From Caldimicrobium thiodismutans (GTDB taxonomy: Bacteria; Desulfobacterota; Thermodesulfobacteria; Thermodesulfobacteriales; Thermodesulfobacteriaceae), in contig NZ_AP014945.1 of the NCBI RefSeq assembly GCF_001548275.1, positions 360,001 through 392,000 on the forward strand: DNA of 32,000 bases. Reading direction: 5' to 3'. Below the pieces are notes generated by a model that ran no database searches, was not told where the DNA came from, and saw only the letters and a program-made list of their open reading frames with translations. Below are positions 25,328 through 32,000 of this stretch, piece by piece. How positions within the stretch are numbered: position 1 is the first letter of the stretch; each line of letters opens with the position of its first letter. A program made the position numbers and the translations under genes.

Positions 25328-25445
25328 TTATCTGAGTTCATTATTATGCCAGAACCCGCAGATTTTTGTCCTTTCTTTGCAGAGGGAAATAGGTATGAGA
25401 AAAAATCCTCTTGAGTCTCAAAGGATATGGAACGCAACCAACCTC

Positions 25446-25475
25446 TTGACAAGGGGCCAGATAGTGATTTATAAT
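25446..25475 (+). promoter_or_regulatory. Sigma-70 promoter for the tRNA-Met/tRNA-Cys(-queDE) unit
   Basis: Perfect -35 TTGACA (25446..25451), an 18-nt spacer and perfect -10 TATAAT (25470..25475). The element ends 15 nt before the first tRNA. Confidence 0.65.
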
Positions 25476-25490
25476 ATAAAATTAAATTTA

Positions 25491-25564
25491 GGCGACGTAG
25501 CTCAACGGGTTAGAGCATGTGGCTCATATCCACAGGGCTGGGGGTTCGAGTCCCTCCGTCGCCA
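25491..25564 (+). tRNA. tRNA-Met (anticodon CAT), elongator type; could be tRNA-Ile2 if the C34 is lysidinylated
   Basis: Hand-folded cloverleaf. Acceptor GGCGACG/CGTCGCC, D-stem GCTC/GAGC, anticodon stem TGTGG/CCACA with loop CTCATAT, T-arm GGGGG-TTCGAGT-CCCTC. 74 nt. It has a G1-C72 pair and no GGG/CCC anticodon stem, so it is not an initiator. Confidence 0.9.
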
Positions 25565-25581
25565 CTTATTTTGAAACTTAT

Positions 25582-25653
25582 GGCGGCGTAGCCAAGCGGT
25601 AAGGCGACGGCCTGCAAAGCCGTGAATCCGGGGTTCGAATCCCCGCGCCGCCT
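25582..25653 (+). tRNA. tRNA-Cys (anticodon GCA)
   Basis: Hand-folded cloverleaf. Acceptor GGCGGCG/CGCCGCC, anticodon stem ACGGC/GCCGT with loop CTGCAAA, T-arm CGGGG-TTCGAAT-CCCCG. It has the U73 discriminator and A13:A22 mismatch typical of tRNA-Cys. CCA is not encoded. Confidence 0.9.
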
Positions 25654-25666
25654 CATAATTTAATAT

Positions 25667-26041
25667 ATGTATAGGCTCAAAGTTCAGGATCACTTCTCCT
25701 CAGCTCATTACTTAAGAAATTATCAAGGGGCCTGTGAAAACCTTCATGGGCATAACTGGAAAGTTGAGCTTGTTGTTGAGGGAGAAAAACTTAATGAAAT
25801 TGATATCCTTCTTGATTTTAAGGATATTAAAAAAATTCTAAAAGAGGTCCTTTCTGAGCTTGATCATCGCTTAATTAATGAACTTCCCTATTTTCAGGAA
25901 AAGAATCCTTCATCTGAAAATATCGCCCGTTATATCTTTGATAGGGTAAAAGATAAATTAAAAGTCTTTGAAGGGGTGAGAGTAAAAGAGGTTACAGTCT
26001 TTGAAACGGAAAAGGCTTCTGCTACCTATCTGGAAGAGTGA
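25667..26041 (+). CDS. queD: 6-carboxy-5,6,7,8-tetrahydropterin synthase
   Basis: 124 aa with the QueD/PTPS signature FSSAHYL...CENLHGHNWKVELVVEG. ATG lies 13 nt after the tRNA-Cys 3' end. Confidence 0.9.
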   Translation: MYRLKVQDHFSSAHYLRNYQGACENLHGHNWKVELVVEGEKLNEIDILLDFKDIKKILKEVLSELDHRLINELPYFQEKNPSSENIARYIFDRVKDKLKVFEGVRVKEVTVFETEKASATYLEE

Positions 26042-26676
26042 ACCTTAAGGTTTCTGAGATCTTTTTTTCAATTCAGGGAGAAGGCCCCTGGGTGGGGTTT
26101 CCAACCTTTTTTGTAAGACTATACGGATGTAATCTTGCTTGTAAGTGGTGCGATACCCCTTATGCCAGAGAGGGGCAAGATTACAAAGAAATGAAACCAG
26201 AGGAGATTATCGCCTTCTGGAAAAAAAATTATCCAGAAATTCCTTATGTTACTCTTACAGGAGGAGAGCCTCTTCTCCAGGATGAAATCTATATTCTTAT
26301 AGATGAATTCTTGCAAAAGGGAGCCAGAGTTCTTCTTGAGACCAATGGGGCTCTTAGTATCGAAAATGTCCCAGAGGAGGTCTTAGTCGTTATGGACTTA
26401 AAAACTCCCTCTTCAGGAATGGAAAATTTCAATCTTTATAAGAATATTTACTTTCTAAGTGAGAAAGATGCCTTAAAATTTGTAATCAAGGATGAGGCTG
26501 ATTTTGATTGGAGTCTGAAAATAATTGAAGAGTTTAATCTTCTCTCTAAGGTAACATGTTTTTTTTCTCCCTGTGCCCCATTTATGTCCCCAAAAAAGCT
26601 TGCAGATCTTATTTTAAAAACCAAAAAGCCTCTGCGCCTTCAGATTCAGCTTCATAAATTTCTTAATTTAAAATAA
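26038..26676 (+). CDS. queE: 7-carboxy-7-deazaguanine synthase (radical SAM)
   Basis: FSIQGEG motif and radical-SAM cluster CNLACKWC. GTG start overlaps the queD stop (GTGA). Confidence 0.9.
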   Translation: MNLKVSEIFFSIQGEGPWVGFPTFFVRLYGCNLACKWCDTPYAREGQDYKEMKPEEIIAFWKKNYPEIPYVTLTGGEPLLQDEIYILIDEFLQKGARVLLETNGALSIENVPEEVLVVMDLKTPSSGMENFNLYKNIYFLSEKDALKFVIKDEADFDWSLKIIEEFNLLSKVTCFFSPCAPFMSPKKLADLILKTKKPLRLQIQLHKFLNLK

Positions 26677-26727
26677 AGCCCTTTGAAAATTTCTTGAATT
26701 TCCCCTAAATTCTGGCAAAATACCTCT

Positions 26728-27761
26728 ATGTCAAAGAAGAAACCTCCTATTCCCTATGACCTCTTTGCCAAGGCCTTCCTCAAAGATCCTGAAAACTTAA
26801 AAGGCTTCCTCTCAACCTTCCTCCCTGAGCATATTAAAACTCATCTTGACTTTGACTCCCTTAAAATTATCCCTGAAGAGCAAGTCTCTCTCTCAAGAAA
26901 AAAGAGAGAAATCCCGGACCTTGTTGCTGAGGTTAATCTTCTTAGTGAAGGGAATCTTCAACCAAAGCCCATCTCTACATCCTTATTGAGCACAAAAGTG
27001 CACCTGATAAAAGAATTTACCTTCAGATTTTAAATTACATAACGGCATTAAATGAGAGGTCTTTCAAGGAGGGGAAGGGGTATGTGCCTGTTTTACCCCT
27101 TGTGTTTTATGAAGGGAATAAGCCCTGGGGGTATCCTGAAAGGATAGAGGAGATATTTTCAGTGCCAGAGGGGTTAAAGGGAGAACTTTTTAAGGTTCAT
27201 GTGGTAGATTTAAAGAGGGTAGAGGATGAGAAGATATTGAGGATATTTGATATTTTAGCAGGGCTTGGGTGTTATCTTTATTTAATAAAGGCGGAAGCAC
27301 TGGAATTTGATGAGATAATTGAAGTTATTACAAGGGCGATAGAGAGATTAGTAGCAATAGGGGAGAAGGGGAGGTGGGAGATAGGGTTTTTGATAGAGAT
27401 AGCAGTAATAAAGAGTGGGGTTGACGAGGAGATAATCTGGTTTAATATATTAGATAGGTGTGGAGAAGAGGGGGTAAAGATGGAGTTAAAGAGCTTTTGG
27501 GATAGAGTAGGAGAGAAGTTTTATAAGCAGGGAATTGAGCAGGGAATTAAGCAAGGAATTGAGCAGGGGAAATATCAGGGGTTAATTGAGGAGGCAAGGG
27601 AGCTTGTGCTTGAGGCCATAGAGGTGAAGCTTGGGTATGTGCCTGAGGAAGTGAGGGAGAGGGTAGTAAGGGAGGAGGATAGAGGAGTTCTCAAGGAGTG
27701 GCATAGAAAAATAATTCTTGCAAAGAGCTCTGAAGATATCTTTAAACTCTTTGAAAGTTGA
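26728..27761 (+). pseudogene. Rpn/YhgA-like (PDDEXK_2, 'putative transposase') recombination-promoting nuclease gene, split by one frameshift
   Basis: ORF 26728..27033 carries the N-terminal part up to the catalytic IPDLVAEV. The family continuation HLYILIEHKSAPDKRIYLQILNYITALNE...GYVPVLPLVFYEGNKPW reads in the other frame (open from 26949) and joins ORF 27084..27761. The frameshift maps to ~26949..26969, between the catalytic D and the E-x-K. Confidence 0.75.
27527..27574 (+). repeat. 12-nt tandem repeat x4 (GCAGGGAATTGA-like) encoding QGIE-QGIK-QGIE-QGKY
   Basis: The four units are gcagggaattga / gcagggaattaa / gcaaggaattga / gcaggggaaata. They lie in frame inside the Rpn-like gene. Confidence 0.8.
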
Positions 27762-27989
27762 TAAATTCATAAATTTTTTTTCTTTTTGTGTTTGGTATAA
27801 GTTTAAATAAAAATTGGTATGGATTTAAGATCTTGAACCCCTCCTTTATAAAATTCTTTTAAAGAGCTTTTACTCAAGTCAATAAGTATTTTAAAATGGC
27901 AAAATTCAAGCAATACTCCAGCCCTATATATGGACGCATACAAGTTAAAATTGAAAAAAAATTAAAAACTGCTAAAATGATTTAAAATT

Positions 27990-28955
27990 ATGAGTGACGA
28001 AAGAGTTGAGGAAGGCATCTTAGAAAAACTTGAAGAGCTAAGCTCAATTGCTCTTATTGATGCAGTTGAGGAGGAAACCAAGCTCCCAGCTAAATTTGAT
28101 CCTCTGCAGAGATATCTTCAGGAGATCTCAAGGTATCCTGTATTATCAAGAGACGAGGAGGAGGCAGTAGCTAAGGCCTATTATGAGACCAAAGATCCAA
28201 GGCTGGCTTATAAACTTGTGGTTTCCAATTTAAGATTGGTAGCTAAAATTGCCCTTGAGTTTCAGAAATTCTGGGCTTATAATTTTCTTGACCTTATTCA
28301 GGAGGGTAATCTCGGTCTCCTTCAGGCTGTGAAAAAATTTGATCCCTACAAAGGGGTGAAATTTTCTTATTATGCTTCCTTCTGGATTAAGGCTTACATA
28401 CTGAAATATATAATGGATAATTGGAAACTGGTAAAAATGGGGACTACTCAGGCCCAGAGGAAACTTTTTTACAAACTTCGCAAAGAAAAAGAAAGGCTTT
28501 CAGCTCTTGGTTTTGAACCAACTGCTAAAGAGATTGCCAAAAGCCTTGGAGTCAAGGAAAAGGAAGTAGAAGAGATGGAAATGCGCATGTATTCGCAGGA
28601 TCTGAGTCTTGAGGCCCCAGTAAGCTATGATTCTGAAGAGACCTTTGGAGACTTTCTTAAAGATGCCCGACCAGGTCCAGAAGATACCTACGCCCGCGAG
28701 GAGATATTGAATAATTTCAGAAGGCTTCTTAAAGACTTTGCTCAAGAATTAACTGGAAAGGATTACATTATCTTTTATGACCGACTTTTAGCTGAAGAAC
28801 CTAAAACCTTAAATGAACTTTCCCAGAAGCTTGGTATCTCCAAGGAAAGAGTAAGACAGATTGAAGAAAAGATTATAAAGAGATTAAGAAAATTTTTACA
28901 GGAGAGATTGCCGGATGCGACCCTCTATCCTCAAGCCCTACCTTATAAAGAATAA
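27990..28955 (+). CDS. rpoH: RNA polymerase sigma-32 (heat-shock sigma factor)
   Basis: Region 2 DLIQEGNLGLLQAVKKFDP. RpoH box VKMGTTQAQRKLFYKLRKEKERL, compared with E. coli [23 protein letters not shown]. Region 4 HTH LNELSQKLGISKERVRQIE. Confidence 0.85.
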   Translation: MSDERVEEGILEKLEELSSIALIDAVEEETKLPAKFDPLQRYLQEISRYPVLSRDEEEAVAKAYYETKDPRLAYKLVVSNLRLVAKIALEFQKFWAYNFLDLIQEGNLGLLQAVKKFDPYKGVKFSYYASFWIKAYILKYIMDNWKLVKMGTTQAQRKLFYKLRKEKERLSALGFEPTAKEIAKSLGVKEKEVEEMEMRMYSQDLSLEAPVSYDSEETFGDFLKDARPGPEDTYAREEILNNFRRLLKDFAQELTGKDYIIFYDRLLAEEPKTLNELSQKLGISKERVRQIEEKIIKRLRKFLQERLPDATLYPQALPYKE

Positions 28956-30504
28956 GTTATTTTTTTGTATTGTGCTTTTCCTATCCTTAATTTTTGCAAA
29001 GCCCCTTCTTTCAGCCTCACCAAACTTTGAGAGGGCTTACTATTATTTTCTTATGTCTCAGTTGTTCACTGATAATGCAACGGATGTGGAAAAAAATCTT
29101 AAAAAGGCCCTTGAGCTCTCTAAGGATTCCTTCTTTTTAAGAAAGATGCTTTTTTCATTCTATCTCCAGAACAATAAATTAGAAGAGGCGGAAAAGATTG
29201 GGGAGAATCTCTATAAAAAATATCCCTATGATAGGGATCTGGTTTTTCTTATGAGTAAACTTTATTTACAACAGGAAAGGCCTAATCGGGCTATGGGAGT
29301 CCTTGAGAAATATATGGAGAAAAATCCAAGGGATGATGAGATTTTGAGTTTTCTTATCTCTCTTTATCTTCAGCAAAAGGAGTGGGATTTAGCCTTAGCC
29401 AAACTGGATGCCCTGAGTAAAAGACATCCTGATGCCTATGCCATCTGGCTCTTTAAAGCTCGTATTTATAGAGAGAAAAAAGATCAGGTATCTGCTAAAA
29501 ATGCCTATTTAAAAGCCCTTGAGCTTGCACCTTCCAATAAAGCTCTGCTTGTTGAAACCTTGAGATATCTTGAAAGTATCTCAAGTTTTGAAGATATTGA
29601 GAAAATCTTGCAGGATTATCTGGTTAAGAATCCCGAGGATAAAGATTTTTTAAGGCTCCTTCTTGGATATTATCTGGAACAAAAGTCCTGGGAAAAGTCA
29701 GAAAAACTTCTAAAGGAATATCTGGAAAAAAATAAGGATCAGCCTGAATTTCTCTTTTATCTTGGTTTGACATTGGAATACAAAAATAAATTAGAGGAGG
29801 CCTTAAAGATTTACGCAGAGATCCCTGTAGGATCTCCTTGGCATTTAGAGGCCCAAAAAAGAAGCTTTGAACTTTTTAAGAAGCAGGATTTAAAATTAGC
29901 TAAAAAATTTTTAGATGATCTTAAAGCCAAGGGCCTTGATGAAAAAAGTTATCTTCTATTTTTAGCTCATGCTTATGAGGATATTGATGAATGCGAAGTA
30001 GGGGCTGAGATAGCCTTGGAGGGCCTTAAGAAATATCAAGAGGACCCTGATCTCTCCCTTGCTCTGGCCTCAAATTATGCCTGTTTAGAGGATTATCAAA
30101 AGGTGCTTGAGGTTGTCTCTCCACTTTTGAAAAAGTTACCTGAAGATGCCTATATCTTAAATTTTGTTGGTTATAGCCTGGTTGAGCTTGGGCGTGAATT
30201 TGAAAAGGCTGAAGAGCTTCTTCTTAAAGCAGAAAAAATCAAACCCAATGATCCCTATATTGAGGATAGCCTTGGCTGGCTCTATTTTAAAAAAGATGAT
30301 TTAGAAAAAGCTAAGGCCTATCTGGAAAAGGCCTTTAAAAATGCCAAAACAGATGAACCTGTTATCTGGGAACATTTAGGTGACCTATACCTCAAGTTAC
30401 AAAAGAAGAAAGAGGCCTGTGAGCTATATAAAAAGGCCCTGGAAAAGACCGTTCACAAGAGAGAGAAAAATAGACTTTTAGAAAAGGTTAAGGCATGTCC
30501 TTAA
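28915..30504 (+). CDS. Secreted tetratricopeptide (TPR) repeat protein
   Basis: N-terminal signal peptide (FFCIVLFLSLIFAKPLLSA) followed by many 34-aa TPR-like units (A..Y.KALEL.P pattern). It overlaps the rpoH 3' end by 41 nt. Confidence 0.75.
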   Translation: MRPSILKPYLIKNKLFFCIVLFLSLIFAKPLLSASPNFERAYYYFLMSQLFTDNATDVEKNLKKALELSKDSFFLRKMLFSFYLQNNKLEEAEKIGENLYKKYPYDRDLVFLMSKLYLQQERPNRAMGVLEKYMEKNPRDDEILSFLISLYLQQKEWDLALAKLDALSKRHPDAYAIWLFKARIYREKKDQVSAKNAYLKALELAPSNKALLVETLRYLESISSFEDIEKILQDYLVKNPEDKDFLRLLLGYYLEQKSWEKSEKLLKEYLEKNKDQPEFLFYLGLTLEYKNKLEEALKIYAEIPVGSPWHLEAQKRSFELFKKQDLKLAKKFLDDLKAKGLDEKSYLLFLAHAYEDIDECEVGAEIALEGLKKYQEDPDLSLALASNYACLEDYQKVLEVVSPLLKKLPEDAYILNFVGYSLVELGREFEKAEELLLKAEKIKPNDPYIEDSLGWLYFKKDDLEKAKAYLEKAFKNAKTDEPVIWEHLGDLYLKLQKKKEACELYKKALEKTVHKREKNRLLEKVKACP

Positions 30505-31073
30505 AAAGATTTATAATTTTCTTTTTATTTTTTCTTTTAACAAGTTGTGCCTACAAAGAAGTTCAAGTCCCCTCAGTCTATTTAACTCTTGCTACAGAGG
30601 GATTTCAGGGGAGAACCCTTAAAGGCAGGGTCTTTTTCCAGGGGGAGTTATTTTTTTTAAATGATAATAATTCAAGTGGTGGATCCTATGGAACCTTTTA
30701 TACTACAGCGGATGAATTGATCTTAATTTTAACTCCCCCTCTTTCCACAGAGATTTTTATCTATTGGAAAAGAGGAGAAGAAGTGAGGGTTTTAAATACT
30801 TCTAAAAAAAAGGTCTATACCATTAAAATAAAAGAATTAAGAGATATTGATTTCCCTTCCTATTTTTTGGGTTTAAAAGAAAGGGAGCGCTCCTTTAAGA
30901 AGGGCTTTTTCTCGGGAGAATATCGCTTTTCGGATAAAGATCTACAGGGGACTCTGGAAAGTAATTTACTTAAACTTAACTGGAAGATAAAAGAAATAGC
31001 CTTTACAGAAGAGACTTTGCCCCGTCCTGATTGGAAGGACTTTAAAGAAAAGGATATTAAGTTAATCTTTTAA
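30495..31073 (+). CDS. Lipoprotein (LolB/DUF4292-like outer-membrane lipoprotein; product uncertain)
   Basis: Lipobox FFLLTSC at the N-terminus. The start overlaps the end of the TPR gene. The family assignment is weak. Confidence 0.55.
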   Translation: MSLKRFIIFFLFFLLTSCAYKEVQVPSVYLTLATEGFQGRTLKGRVFFQGELFFLNDNNSSGGSYGTFYTTADELILILTPPLSTEIFIYWKRGEEVRVLNTSKKKVYTIKIKELRDIDFPSYFLGLKERERSFKKGFFSGEYRFSDKDLQGTLESNLLKLNWKIKEIAFTEETLPRPDWKDFKEKDIKLIF

Positions 31074-32000
31074 TTTAAGAATTACCTCTTCTACTCTCTG
31101 AGGAACCGCTCGGTGAATTATAATCTTTAAATTTTTATAATTTATGATTTCTCCCCTTTCAGGAATCCTTTTTAAGATGTGATAAATAAAGCCATTTAGG
31201 GTTTCATAATCTCCTGAAGGAATGGGTAGGCCCAATTCCTGAAGCTTTTCAATCTCTATCCAGCCTTTTACCAAAAATTCCTCTGGAGAGAGTCTTTTTA
31301 ATTCAGGCTCGTGATAGTCTAAGGCATCTCTAAATTCCCCCAGCACCTCCTCAACAAGGTCTTCTATAGTAAGTATTCCAGTAACTAAGCCATACTCATC
31401 TACAACAATGCTTATTTCCTGAGCACCTTCCTGCATCATCTTTAAAGCCTGATGGGCAGGGATAAGTTCAGGTATAAAAAGAGGAGCTCTTGCTAAGCGG
31501 ATGAGGGGAATCTTTTTTTCTGTAAGAACTTTCCCCAGAATGTCCTGAACCCTTAAGATATACTTTATCTTGGATGGATCTCCCTCATAGAGAGGAATAT
31601 AGGAAAAATTATATTTACTTGTAAATTCAAGGGCCTCCTCTAAGGTTGCATCAAGGGGTAGGGCTTTGACCTTGGGAAGGGGAATCATAACTTGAACCAC
31701 TTTTTTTCTTCCAAATTCAAGAATACTCTGCATGAGTCTTTTTTCCATAAGATCAATTTCCCTTTCATAACTTATCATGGTGAGAAAGACCTCTCTGAAT
31801 CTGGTCAAAAAATAGGGGCGATTGTGGTCTTCATTTTTTAAAAAAAGGCCCAAAAATCTTTGATTGAGAAAGTAAATTGGATAAAAAAGATAAGAAATAA
31901 AGTAAAGCGGTGGAGCCAGATACAATACCAGAGGATAGGCTAACTTTTTACCAATACTCTTAGGCAGGATCTGTCCAAAGAGAAGGATAAAAAAGGGTAA
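31062..32000 (-). CDS. CBS-pair + CorC/HlyC domain protein (hemolysin/CNNM family), 5'-truncated by the window edge
   Basis: Two CBS modules and the C-terminal CorC_HlyC transporter-associated domain (GDYETLNGFIYHILKRIPERGE). The frame stays open to nt 32000, reading ...LFGQILPKSIGKKLAYPLVL, the end of a DUF21 membrane domain. The true start is therefore outside the window. Confidence 0.8.
   Translation of the reverse strand, partial: LPFFILLFGQILPKSIGKKLAYPLVLYLAPPLYFISYLFYPIYFLNQRFLGLFLKNEDHNRPYFLTRFREVFLTMISYEREIDLMEKRLMQSILEFGRKKVVQVMIPLPKVKALPLDATLEEALEFTSKYNFSYIPLYEGDPSKIKYILRVQDILGKVLTEKKIPLIRLARAPLFIPELIPAHQALKMMQEGAQEISIVVDEYGLVTGILTIEDLVEEVLGEFRDALDYHEPELKRLSPEEFLVKGWIEIEKLQELGLPIPSGDYETLNGFIYHILKRIPERGEIINYKNLKIIIHRAVPQRVEEVILKLKD

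Noticed and set aside
16132-25490. Classical tRNA-targeted integrative element, prophage or CRISPR array
   Set aside because: No integrase, excisionase, transposase or phage structural genes are present. The island lies 5' of the tRNAs rather than 3'. I saw no duplicated tRNA 3' segment. The only repeats are 2-3 short copies without CRISPR-like regular spacing.
25227-25693. ORFs 25227..25574 (+) and 25502..25693 (-)
   Set aside because: Both run straight through the two tRNA genes and the consensus promoter. The translations are nonsense and stay open only because of the GC-rich tRNA sequence.
25667-26676. queD/queE as part of a Dpd-like 7-deazaguanine DNA-modification defence linked to the adjacent restriction operon
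   Set aside because: No dpdA/tgt-like transglycosylase, queC, folE or other dpd genes are in the window. The que genes are separated from the island by a promoter and two tRNAs and lie on the opposite strand. The most economical reading is housekeeping queuosine biosynthesis. A genome-wide check for a second queDE copy would be worthwhile.
27951-27978. Sigma-70-like TTGAAA-16-TAAAAT element upstream of rpoH
   Set aside because: It ends only 11 nt before the ATG, leaving no room for an SD, and it lies in an extremely AT-rich stretch where such matches arise by chance. I did not find it convincing enough to annotate.

Overview
AT-rich bacterial chromosomal window, probably from a thermophile (a guess from composition and protein style only). 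It is densely coded and has three parts. (1) Positions 1-14.5 kb are housekeeping and stress genes, almost all on the minus strand. They include a 5'-truncated cheR and a tightly coupled operon (USP-like protein, TauE/SafE permease, membrane-anchored protein, tandem USP, USP) behind a candidate sigma-54 promoter. Upstream of that operon lies an RND efflux operon (TolC-like, MFP, RND pump) that continues into a histidine kinase and a sigma-54-dependent response regulator. A YbiR/ArsB-type permease sits on the plus strand. (2) Positions 14.5-25.4 kb look like a defence island with no mobility genes. It holds a PIF1-family helicase with a C-terminal WYL domain, a 630-bp ORF-poor spacer with decayed mini-ORFs, and a four-gene translationally coupled operon. 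That operon encodes a RadC/JAB protein, a UvrD-family helicase fused to a Cas4/AddB-type 4-Cys PD-(D/E)xK nuclease, a beta-class Mod methyltransferase with a PKD-like tail, and a Type III Res subunit. A metallophosphoesterase gene remnant marks its right edge. (3) Positions 25.4-32 kb carry a consensus sigma-70 promoter driving tRNA-Met(CAT) and tRNA-Cys(GCA), with queD-queE starting 13 nt after the second tRNA. They are followed by a frameshifted Rpn/YhgA-like PD-(D/E)xK gene, rpoH, a TPR protein, a lipoprotein and a 5'-truncated CBS/CorC gene. The best candidate for something new is the extended Type III R-M operon, that is RadC plus the helicase-Fe-S nuclease welded onto mod-res, possibly together with the neighbouring PIF1-WYL helicase. 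All calls rest on motif recognition by eye; no searches were run.
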